This document shows positions 44,389-51,483 of a stretch of 51,483 nucleotides of DNA, in pieces. The notes beneath the pieces are model-generated. The model was given only the letters and a program-made list of their open reading frames with translations, had not been told where the DNA came from and did no database searches. The DNA lies in NCBI GenBank assembly GCA_003661975.1, contig QMXE01000002.1, positions 1 to 51,483 of the forward strand, given 5' to 3'. Both the position numbers and the translations under genes were made by a program. The first letter of the stretch is position 1. The number at the start of each line of letters is the position of its first letter. Source of the stretch: Candidatus Bathyarchaeota archaeon. GTDB lineage: Archaea > Thermoproteota > Bathyarchaeia > Bathyarchaeales > DTEX01.

Positions 44389-44791
44389 ACGCCATCACCA
44401 TATAAACATTGGAGATCAATAATAAGATTAAATCTTAGATTTTCGTGCTCCTCTTATGTGGGAAGCCCGCTTCTTTATGCCGACATCTTCATTTATACCT
44501 TCATTATAAGATGGATTCTTCCGCATCATGCCCATTCATACTTCTTCTGCCATTTCAAGCAGGATCTCAACGCATCCTCTAATGGTTTAATCCAACCTGA
44601 AACTCCATGATGGGCGATGCGGATTGCAAGATTAACAAATAATCCCATCGACTTCAATTTAATAAGTGCCAGGTTATTGTTTCGTGAGTGCGTATTCGGC
44701 GGGGGAATTCTCTTTTCTGCTGATTCCACCCGTAATGGTCAATCCACAATATTTAAGGAGGAGTCGATAAGCTATAGATGTGAGGAGTATA

Positions 44792-45739
44792 ATGGTCGAG
44801 ACGATTATCAGAGAATTCGTTGAGGGAAGAGATGAGAGGGCTTGGATAGAACTCCATAATGAATTCAAAAGTTACTATTATGGCTCGGACTATGAACCCC
44901 TAGATGAAAGAGGCGTAGAGTGGTTTAAGAGGACGCCTTGGTGGAGGGAGAGCAGACTATTCATAGCCGAGAAAGATGGAGAGCCCGTCGGCTTTATCCT
45001 TCCATTCATTGATAAGGCATATGATCCTCCGAAGGGATACCTTTGGGAGTTTGCCGTAAAGCCTAGCCTTGAGGGGGATGAAGCTGATAGTATCCTACTC
45101 GGCAAGGCTATCTCTTGGCTCTCATCAGCTGGAGCGAGGGAAATCCAAGCGTCGGCGAGGGATAACATGCTCAAGCGCATACGCCTCTACCAATCAGCGG
45201 GATTCAAGATGATACGGACCTTCAGCAGGATGAGGCTTAAACCAGAGGAGATCCGGGAGAATATTGAAGCATGCGTTGAGGTGGAGCTCAGAACTGCAAA
45301 TCCAACACATAGCTGTGAGGACCTAAAGATCTTGAATGCACTATGCAATATGGCATTTCAGGAGCACTTCGACTTCAGACCAGAAACTCTCGAGGAGACC
45401 AAGGCGTGGCTTGAGGAGGAGGGCTACGAAAACCACGTTTTAATCGCACTGATAAGAGGAAAGCCGGTGGGCTACGTTGTAGCGACCATAAGCGATAAAC
45501 CCTCGAGGGACAGGCATAAGAGAGGATTCATAAGCTCGATTGGAATATTAAAGCCTTTCAGGAGGCGGGGGATAGGAACAAGCCTTATACTCGAGGCAAT
45601 AAGATGGCTATCCGAGAAGGGAGCAAAATCAATAGAGCTTGACGTAGATGATGCTAACCCGACTGGAGCGCCGCAATTCTACGCTAAAATAGGCTTCAAG
45701 GCAACCTTCAAAACCCTAACATACCTCAAGAGACTATAG
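44792..45739 (+). CDS. Tandem-GNAT N-acetyltransferase
   Basis: Two GNAT-like halves. The second carries motif A, FRRRGIGTSLILEAIRWLSEKG. The ATG at 44792 is preceded by GAGGAG with a 4-nt spacer. The track ORF starts at a GTG at 44780. Confidence 0.75.
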   Translation: MVETIIREFVEGRDERAWIELHNEFKSYYYGSDYEPLDERGVEWFKRTPWWRESRLFIAEKDGEPVGFILPFIDKAYDPPKGYLWEFAVKPSLEGDEADSILLGKAISWLSSAGAREIQASARDNMLKRIRLYQSAGFKMIRTFSRMRLKPEEIRENIEACVEVELRTANPTHSCEDLKILNALCNMAFQEHFDFRPETLEETKAWLEEEGYENHVLIALIRGKPVGYVVATISDKPSRDRHKRGFISSIGILKPFRRRGIGTSLILEAIRWLSEKGAKSIELDVDDANPTGAPQFYAKIGFKATFKTLTYLKRL

Positions 45740-45808
45740 TCTCATCCATCCAGTAAGCATACTCAAGCCTATGAGGAATCATCTTCAAGTCAGCAGAAAA
45801 ATTTCATT

Positions 45809-45840
45809 AAAAGCCGCTCCATTTATGGATAGGCTTTTTT
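45809..45840. terminator. Hairpin AAAAGCC...GGCTTTTTT between convergent genes (bidirectional terminator-like)
   Basis: 7-bp stem (45809-45815 / 45832-45838) with a 16-nt loop and a T6 run, read directly. It lies between the GNAT stop (45739) and the minus-strand membrane gene stop (45873). Confidence 0.3.
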
Positions 45841-45872
45841 AAGGTTTTGGGCTCTTCTGAGATATTTAGTTC

Positions 45873-46370
45873 TCATGATTTCTCCGACTTTTCGCTTTGC
45901 CTTGCAGCCTTTAACGCGACGTATCCTAATGGGGCTGATAGTAGGGCCAGCCAGATTTCCGGTCTGAGGAGGCCCGTTCCTGACGTTCCGGAGGTTAACC
46001 AATTCCAAGTCCACTCTTCACCGGAGAGAAAAGCGAGTAGTGTTCCTAATCCATCTGCGCCGATGATGAGCAGATATACTGCTCCGAAGGTTGCTGAGAG
46101 CAACGCGCCGACGAGGGCGAAGCCTACCGCTTCCTGCCTTGCCCTCCACAAGGGTAATGCTCCGAAGAAAACGGCGCCGATGACTAGCGCTGCGAATCCG
46201 CCGAAGAGGTCATCGCAGGGAAGCCCTAGCAGAGATAGATTGTCCCCGGGCTTTATAAACCAGTTCCAGAATGCCGTTGAAAACTCTATGGAGCCAACTA
46301 TTATGTAAATGGTTCCAAGGATCGCTGAATAGACTGCCATGCACCTGCTAATTTTTCTGTTTAGATTCAT
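45873..46370 (-). CDS. Small integral membrane protein (4 predicted TM helices), unknown function
   Basis: 165-aa hydrophobic ORF 9 nt downstream of the FeoB membrane-domain gene. The overlapping plus-strand ORF 45847-46308 is Ala/Pro/Ser-rich shadow sequence. Confidence 0.45.
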   Translation of the reverse strand: MNLNRKISRCMAVYSAILGTIYIIVGSIEFSTAFWNWFIKPGDNLSLLGLPCDDLFGGFAALVIGAVFFGALPLWRARQEAVGFALVGALLSATFGAVYLLIIGADGLGTLLAFLSGEEWTWNWLTSGTSGTGLLRPEIWLALLSAPLGYVALKAARQSEKSEKS

Positions 46371-46379
46371 GTGCTCACC

Positions 46380-47693
46380 TCATCTATATCCTAAACCTCG
46401 ACCGATCAGGATGATTGCTAGAGATGTGATGTACGCTAGTATTAATCCGTAAATAACTGCAAAGAGAGTCCACTTCCATGAGTTGGTCTCTCTGTATATG
46501 GCGCCTATAGTTGCCACGCACGGTATATAGATTAAGGTAAAGGCCATAAAAGCGAATCCCGTGAGAGGAGTGAAGACTCCCTGGCTCCTAATGACTTCCT
46601 GTATCTCTCCAATCTCGCTTTCCTCCCCTAATCCGAAGATAACAGCGAAGGATCCAACGACGATCTCTTTTGCTATGAAGCCGAAGAGGAGGGCTACTGC
46701 TCCTCTCCAGTCAAAGCCTAGAGGACGGAAGATCGGCTCGAGGCTGCGGCCAAGCATGCCTAGATAGGTCTCTTCCAGAGGCACGCCCCAAGGATGACTT
46801 GAGAGAAGCCAAACTACTATGATTCCGGCCAGAATTATCGTTCCAGCCTTCTTCAAGAATAGGGAGGCCCTCTCCCACATGTGAATCAACGTGCCCTTAA
46901 TGGTTGGTTTAGAGTACATTGGAAGTTCCAGAATGAATGGTGAGGGCTTCCCCTTAAAGTATGGTATTGTTCTTCTGAAGAGCAAAGCCATGAGCACTGC
47001 TAGGGATATTCCAAGGATGTACATGGAATATGTGCCTGCGACTGCATATGGGCCGAGAACGGCTCCGCCAATAAGGATATAAACTGGAAGTCTAGCACTG
47101 CAGGACATTAATGGATTTACGAGTATCGTTAGTATGCGATCCTCCTCTCTGTCTATGGTTCTTGTCGCCATCACCGCTGGGATGTTACATCCAAATCCAA
47201 TCAGCATGGGAATGAAGGACTTTCCATGCAACCCAAGCTTATACATAAGCTTGTCTACTACGAATGCCGCTCTGGCAAGGTATCCACTATCCTCAAGCAG
47301 CGACAGCCCAAAGAATAGGAAGAAGAGCGGAGGGATGAAGACAAGCACCCCTCCAAGCCCGCCGAAGATTCCGTCGGCTACGAAGCTAGCTATCCACTCA
47401 TCGGAGATTGCTGAGCTTGATATCTGCCCGAGCCAGCTGAAGATTAAATCTATCAGATCAGAGAGGGGAGCTGAAACATCGTATGTAAAGCGGAAGAGAG
47501 CCCACCAAAACGTGAGGAAGATCGGTATGCCCAGATACTTATTCAGAAAAACCCTATCGAGTAAGTCGGAGAGGGTTAGGGGCTTCTCTCCCCTCAAAAC
47601 CTTCTGCAGTATCTTATTTATGAATTCGTAGCGGCGCTCGGCGAAGAAGACTTCCGGATCTTCTCCAAGTATTTCTTTGGCCTTCAAGCTCAT
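46380..47693 (-). CDS. feoB: Ferrous iron transporter FeoB, membrane (gate/nucleoside-recognition) domain as a separate ORF
   Basis: 437 aa, polytopic. LDRVFLNKYLGIPIFL, GYLARAAFVVDKLM..GLHGKSFIPMLIGFGCNIPA and LVNPLMSCSARLPVY are FeoB C-terminal blocks. The start overlaps the G-domain ORF stop (ATGA at 47690-47693). Confidence 0.85.
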   Translation of the reverse strand: MSLKAKEILGEDPEVFFAERRYEFINKILQKVLRGEKPLTLSDLLDRVFLNKYLGIPIFLTFWWALFRFTYDVSAPLSDLIDLIFSWLGQISSSAISDEWIASFVADGIFGGLGGVLVFIPPLFFLFFGLSLLEDSGYLARAAFVVDKLMYKLGLHGKSFIPMLIGFGCNIPAVMATRTIDREEDRILTILVNPLMSCSARLPVYILIGGAVLGPYAVAGTYSMYILGISLAVLMALLFRRTIPYFKGKPSPFILELPMYSKPTIKGTLIHMWERASLFLKKAGTIILAGIIVVWLLSSHPWGVPLEETYLGMLGRSLEPIFRPLGFDWRGAVALLFGFIAKEIVVGSFAVIFGLGEESEIGEIQEVIRSQGVFTPLTGFAFMAFTLIYIPCVATIGAIYRETNSWKWTLFAVIYGLILAYITSLAIILIGRGLGYR

Positions 47694-48391
47694 CGAGTCA
47701 CCTCCAAAATCTCATCTCGATATGGGCTTCTCTCAACCTCTCTGAGGACTTCCTCGTCTCCCTCAAGAATCTTAATTGCAAGCCATCTCGTCGGATATTT
47801 GCTGGATAACTCCTCATCCTTAAGTATGGCTTTCTCCACTCTGGAGATCAGCTCTTCAGCTGCTTTTCCATATCCGACTGCTATTTTTCTCCTCCTTCCC
47901 CCCTTAGAGGCTTTAATTATAGCATCGAGTAAGTCCTTAATGCCCTCCTTTGTGGTTGCGACTGTTGCCACTACGGGCACTCCAAGCATTCTGGAGAGGC
48001 CGTCAATGTCGATCTCATAGCCTAGACTCTTCGCTATGTCATACTTGTTTAATGCTATGACGACGTTTGCCTCGAGCTCCAGAAGCTGAAGCGTCAGGTA
48101 CAGGTTTCTCTCAAGATTTGATGCGTCGACTATATCCACCACAACATCCGGCTTCTCCTTAACTATGTAGTCCCTAGCGATCAGCTCATCTATTGAATGA
48201 GCTGTGAGGCTGTAGATTCCGGGAAGATCGATGATCTCTATCTCCTCCCCCCTATACTGGCATCTTCCCTCCTTCTTCTCAACAGTCTTTCCAGGCCAGT
48301 TTCCAACGTGAGCCCTTCCTCCAGTGAGATCGTTAAAGATGAGGCTTTTACCCACATTTGGATTTCCTATAAGAGCAACCCTTATCGTCAT
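47690..48391 (-). CDS. feoB: Ferrous iron transporter FeoB, N-terminal GTPase domain as a separate ORF
   Basis: G1 GNPNVGKS, DLPGIYSL and G4 NKYD, followed by the helical S-domain. 233 aa. Confidence 0.88.
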   Translation of the reverse strand: MTIRVALIGNPNVGKSLIFNDLTGGRAHVGNWPGKTVEKKEGRCQYRGEEIEIIDLPGIYSLTAHSIDELIARDYIVKEKPDVVVDIVDASNLERNLYLTLQLLELEANVVIALNKYDIAKSLGYEIDIDGLSRMLGVPVVATVATTKEGIKDLLDAIIKASKGGRRRKIAVGYGKAAEELISRVEKAILKDEELSSKYPTRWLAIKILEGDEEVLREVERSPYRDEILEVTR

Positions 48392-48627
48392 GATTCAACC
48401 TCCAAATCCACCATTATCCTCATGAGCAAACCTCTCCCAAGCGCGATCCTTGATCCTCTGACATCAACGATCGCTGGACCTGGAGAGTTTGAGAACAAAA
48501 TCTTCACTTTAGCGCCTGGAGTGAAGCCTAACTCTGAAAGCCGCCTCACAAGTCCCCTGCCACCTCTAACTTCAACAACTCTCGCCTCCTCATTCTCTGG
48601 TAGCATTGCAAGAGGCAATTTCATCAT
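48388..48627 (-). CDS. feoA: FeoA-family protein (copy 2)
   Basis: 79-aa SH3-like ORF (LGFTPGAKVKIL...GPAIVDVRGSRIALGRGLL). 4-nt overlaps on both sides. Confidence 0.8.
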   Translation of the reverse strand: MMKLPLAMLPENEEARVVEVRGGRGLVRRLSELGFTPGAKVKILFSNSPGPAIVDVRGSRIALGRGLLMRIMVDLEVES

Positions 48628-48866
48628 CTTCTCCCCTCCTCAACGAGAACGTAAACGCCCTCGCATTCCCTCTTCCTTAAGCTCAGATTGTATCCTTTCA
48701 GGAGGAATTCGACGGGATCACCCAGCGGAGCTCTTCTGACGACTATTATCTCAGTTCCCCTCGTCAATCCCATATCGAGCAGTCTCCTACGGAGCTCCCT
48801 ATCTCCGGCAATTCTCGAGATGACGCCTCTCTCTCCCGGCTTGAGATCACTTAATCGCTTTTCCAT
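48624..48866 (-). CDS. feoA: FeoA-family protein (copy 1)
   Basis: 80-aa ORF with LSDLKPGERGVISRI...RRLLDMGLTRGTEIIVVRRAPLGDPVEF, the classic FeoA pattern. Confidence 0.8.
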   Translation of the reverse strand: MEKRLSDLKPGERGVISRIAGDRELRRRLLDMGLTRGTEIIVVRRAPLGDPVEFLLKGYNLSLRKRECEGVYVLVEEGRR

Positions 48867-48885
48867 CGGACTTCCTCGACTAACA

Positions 48886-48903
48886 GTAAATTTTTAGATT
48901 TAC
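48886..48903. promoter_or_regulatory. Inverted repeat GTAAAT-N6-ATTTAC upstream of the feoA operon (candidate DtxR-family operator)
   Basis: Read directly, 20-37 nt upstream of the feoA ATG (48866). A TTTTATATGA box lies on the minus strand at 48931-48940, so the repeat sits near the expected transcription start. Confidence 0.3.
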
Positions 48904-49016
48904 CTAATTACTACTAAGATGGATCTAGGCTCATATAAAATGTGCCCAAACAAATTTAGGAATAATATGGATATCAAAAAGAATTAGGTTAGATCTTCAA
49001 TTTCCTAACAGAAATG

Positions 49017-49475
49017 CTACGTGGATCTCTCTTCTTCTCTTCTGCAGTACTCCCTAAATTGCTCAATCCATCTTCCGATAAACCTGGGGCGTTCCGAGGC
49101 TTCTGTGATGAATTTAACGAATCTTGTAAATTGGAGTACGGTCTTAGGGTCGAGCTGATGCTCTAGAATATGAGAATCCTTTAATGCGATGTCTTCTGGA
49201 ACCAAAAGTAACTCCAAGAACTTCTTGAAAACATCATGTCTCTCCTTAATCGCTCTGGCTATCTCCCTACCACGCGGCGTAAGCGTTACTCCCCCATACT
49301 TTTCATAATGGACAAAACCGTCTCTATGAAGCTTCCTCACCATTTCAACAACGGTTGACGGTTTCAAATCCAGATCCTTAGCAATATCCTTAATGCGTGC
49401 GAAACCCTTACGCTCAACAATCTCATATATACTTCTCATGTAATCCTCCATCCGCCTAGAAAGGATTCTCTCCAT
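49017..49475 (-). CDS. DtxR/MntR-family metal-dependent transcriptional repressor
   Basis: MEDYMRSIYEIVERKGFARIKDIAKDLDLKPSTVVEMVRKLHRDGFVHYEKYGGVTLTPRGREIA is a DtxR-type wHTH plus dimerisation domain. The Met at 49475 has AGGGGGA 8 nt upstream. The ORF is open to 49514. Confidence 0.85.
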   Translation of the reverse strand: MERILSRRMEDYMRSIYEIVERKGFARIKDIAKDLDLKPSTVVEMVRKLHRDGFVHYEKYGGVTLTPRGREIARAIKERHDVFKKFLELLLVPEDIALKDSHILEHQLDPKTVLQFTRFVKFITEASERPRFIGRWIEQFREYCRREEERST

Positions 49476-49634
49476 AAATTCATTCCCCCTAAATACTTTA
49501 GGATAATCTAACATAAATCTTCTACAAATAATTTGTTCTGGAAAACATGCCTATTGCAGCTCCTCGTAAAAATTATATTCGATAAGAAGTTTGCGGACTG
49601 CTAAACCTTCAGAGAAGACGCAGGGGATTATCAT

Positions 49635-49680
49635 GCAGCCTAGCCACTCCCAAAATACCAAAAAGTGGTGGGACAGGCCA
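49635..49680 (+). repeat. Imperfect direct repeat, copy 1 (GCAGCCTAGCCACTCCCAAAATACCAAAAAGTGGTGGGACAGGCCA)
   Basis: By-eye alignment with 50515-50560. The shared core is CCAAAAAG-GGTGGG-CAG, with roughly three quarters identity over about 46 nt and one gap. Confidence 0.4.
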
Positions 49681-49841
49681 ATATGTGGCTTTGATGTCAG
49701 AAAGCCCGAATAAGGCTCCAAGCTGAGATGGGTCAGGGATCATACCTTATGGTTAAATCCGCCTTTCAAGCCTATTTCTTCAATGAATCACTACATCAGG
49801 CATTTTAGGCTTAAAGCATGCTTCGACAGTTGCACGGGTTG

Positions 49842-50072
49842 CTAGAGGTATTTCCTCTTCTTTGTGCTTCTATACGCCGTTATGACAATGACATCACTGT
49901 TGCTTTTTCGGCATATGACCACAAGCACTTTATTGTCTTCCCTCTTAACGGTTCTGAGCATGCCATTTAATTTTAGGGTTCTGTCCGGATTCTCTATGCA
50001 GGAAATCACATCGTCCTTGGATATCCTACGGCTTTTTATGCGTTCCAGCGCGTGTATCGTGAAGATAATCAT
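49842..50072 (-). CDS. DUF4258-family protein (putative toxin)
   Basis: 76 aa. FTIHALERIKSRRISKDDVISCIENPD...VVICRK...VITAYRS matches the DUF4258 pattern. 4-nt overlap with the upstream DUF2283 gene. Confidence 0.65.
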   Translation of the reverse strand: MIIFTIHALERIKSRRISKDDVISCIENPDRTLKLNGMLRTVKREDNKVLVVICRKSNSDVIVITAYRSTKKRKYL

Positions 50073-50293
50073 TTAGTTATCGCCGCAACATTTAACCCTT
50101 TAACTATGAGTTCTCCGAGGTCTATTCTCTTCTTGGAGAATTCTATAAGTTCTATTCCTATGACCTCACCTTTGTCGTCATAGTCTACTATGACTCCTTC
50201 GCCTACCTCTTCGCTATCAGCGATCTTGCCCTCCTTCAGCTTAATATACAGCGCATCGGCTCCGGGATCATATTTTATTATATATTCAAGCAT
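50069..50293 (-). CDS. DUF2283-family protein (putative antitoxin)
   Basis: 74 aa. YDPGADALYIKLKEGKIADSEEVGEGVIVDYDDKGEVIGIELIEFSK is the typical DUF2283 pattern. Confidence 0.7.
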   Translation of the reverse strand: MLEYIIKYDPGADALYIKLKEGKIADSEEVGEGVIVDYDDKGEVIGIELIEFSKKRIDLGELIVKGLNVAAITK

Positions 50294-50514
50294 AAGGCTT
50301 CACCATCCAGACTTTAAGAATCGCTTCTTATATACTCTAAGTTGTTGAAGTATTGAGTTGGCTCCACATCTACTTGGTTATAAATTGATGTTAAAGTATT
50401 CAGGAAGCATATATTTCAGCTACGGGCTGGCAATCTTGATGAATAGAGATTATGGACGAACATGCCAGTTAATACAGGGAATAGGCGTAAACAAAGAAGG
50501 GAAAGGCCTATTTC

Positions 50515-50560
50515 GCCGCCCAGCAACTTCTAAAAAGTCCAAAAAGCGGTGGGCCAGACT
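50515..50560 (+). repeat. Imperfect direct repeat, copy 2 (GCCGCCCAGCAACTTCTAAAAAGTCCAAAAAGCGGTGGGCCAGACT)
   Basis: See copy 1. Same orientation, about 880 bp away, on the other side of the TA pair. Confidence 0.4.
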
Positions 50561-50695
50561 AGAATCTAAAAGGATTAGAGTCCATAATTTTGAAAACCAC
50601 CGTGTTAAGTAGAGACAATTATATTTCGCAAAACTACCTTTTGGAAGAACGCATTGAGTTTCGCCGAATCGCCGAAAACGTATAGCAAATCAATT

Positions 50696-51483
50696 TTATG
50701 CCATTAACATAAAAATTGGAGCTGGAATTGCCACATAATATTCATTAACGAAAATTTCTTTACCCGCATATACTAAAACTCCCCTGACTCTCAATTGTTT
50801 ACTTAGATCTGAAAGCTTTCTCACATGGTTGCCATTAACTTCTTGACCAGAATAGACTTCGATAGGAATAAGTCTCCCTTGTACGTCTACAAGAAAGTCT
50901 ATTTCTCTACCGGGACGCGGTTTGTAGTAGAACATTTTCCTTTTAAGTAGTCTGAGATCCTGAATGACCTCTAGGGAAAGTATCATATGAGCAACATTTA
51001 CAGCAACAACCATTTCGGTTACTGCGCCTTTCCATTTATCCTGCATGTCTAGACTCATGGAGTATGGATCTCTGCTTCCTGCGCTTAGAGCTTTAAAGGC
51101 GTAGAAGATTAGGGGATCCCAGAAGTAAAACTTTCTGGGGCTCTTAGGAGGGGATCTGCGTTTCGCGAATTCTTTAAGCTTTGATACTTCTAGCAGAATG
51201 AAAGCATTTACTAAATAGTCAAGATATTGCTTGACTGTATTATGCGAGATTCCAATTTTTCTTGCTAAGCTGCTGGTGCTGATTTCCTTTACAGGAACTG
51301 TTTCAAAAGGTCCCCCCGGAGCTTCTAACATTTGCCAAAGAACGTTATAAAGCGTGTCTTCATTCAACCTCCATCTCATTGCATCTTTAACTGCAAGGTC
51401 TACAAAATCAAAATAAACACTTGGATGAATTCTTCCTAGAGCGATGTATTGCCGAATTGCTAGGGGAAATCCTCCCGTTAAAA
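50696..51483 (-). CDS. COG1373-type AAA+ ATPase (AAA_14 + DUF4143), C-terminal part; gene runs off the window end
   Basis: A DUF4143-like region (ISHNTVKQYLDYLVNAFIL) and a restriction-endonuclease-like tail (REIDFLVD...IPIEV). The frame is open with no stop from 51379 to 51483 (LTGGFPLAIRQYIALGRIHP...), so the listed Met is internal. Confidence 0.65.
   Translation of the reverse strand, partial: LTGGFPLAIRQYIALGRIHPSVYFDFVDLAVKDAMRWRLNEDTLYNVLWQMLEAPGGPFETVPVKEISTSSLARKIGISHNTVKQYLDYLVNAFILLEVSKLKEFAKRRSPPKSPRKFYFWDPLIFYAFKALSAGSRDPYSMSLDMQDKWKGAVTEMVVAVNVAHMILSLEVIQDLRLLKRKMFYYKPRPGREIDFLVDVQGRLIPIEVYSGQEVNGNHVRKLSDLSKQLRVRGVLVYAGKEIFVNEYYVAIPAPIFMLMA

Noticed and set aside
45847-46308. 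153-aa plus-strand ORF overlapping the 165-aa minus-strand membrane ORF
   Set aside because: The translation is Ala/Pro/Ser-rich with no hydrophobic or catalytic pattern. The minus-strand frame gives a coherent four-helix membrane protein positioned right after feoB.
50358-50612. 84-aa plus-strand ORF with a Lys/Arg-rich tail
   Set aside because: No known family and no ribosome-binding signal. Its basic tail coincides with repeat copy 2, so the open frame may be incidental. It is kept only as part of the direct-repeat finding.
1-51483. Search for CRISPR arrays, rRNA genes, IS elements/transposases and integrases
   Set aside because: I saw no regularly spaced direct repeats, no rRNA-like sequence, and no transposase- or integrase-like ORF. 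The accessory character of 39-51 kb therefore rests on gene content only, not on identified mobility genes.

Overview
Archaeal chromosomal window. The evidence is an archaeal-type ribosomal protein operon (S4e, L32e, L19e, RNase P protein Rpp29), aIF5B, an archaeal-type SAM synthetase, SepRS, TrmY and FtsZ. All calls come from reading the supplied ORF translations and the DNA by eye; no homology search, RNA folding program or statistics were run. Positions 1-38.8 kb are mostly housekeeping or central metabolism: endonuclease V, SepRS, translin-like, ThiDN, an IPMDH-family dehydrogenase, TrmY, TyrRS, a PriS-like primase, a MetE-like / HTH-CBS regulator / SAM synthetase cluster, FtsZ, aIF5B, an acetyl-CoA cluster, and a 15-gene L22-to-L18 ribosomal operon. 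From the tRNA locus at about 38.95 kb to the window end the content looks accessory: a NurA/HerA-like three-ORF operon, a sulfatase-like protein, a tandem GNAT, a feo operon with DtxR, a DUF2283/DUF4258 toxin-antitoxin pair and a COG1373 ATPase. The two most notable observations follow. (1) A circularly permuted tRNA-Arg(GCG) gene at 38946-39058. Its 3' half (with encoded CCA) lies 9 nt upstream of its 5' half, and leader and trailer fold into a canonical bulge-helix-bulge splice motif at position 37/38. (2) Immediately next to it, a stand-alone HerA-like ATPase operon. Its NurA-like nuclease carries an apparent wHTH insertion, is divided over two ORFs in different frames, and has no Mre11/Rad50 neighbours. 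This is a candidate uncharacterised nuclease-translocase (defence or repair) module. Secondary observations are a CoA-transferase-GNAT fusion divergent from an ADP-forming acetyl-CoA synthetase plus an orphan Pta N-terminal regulatory domain, an HTH-CBS regulator with a palindrome in front of SAM synthetase, a perfect 24-bp palindrome in front of an ECF S-component-like gene, and imperfect direct repeats flanking the TA pair. No CRISPR array, rRNA or recognisable IS/transposase was seen.
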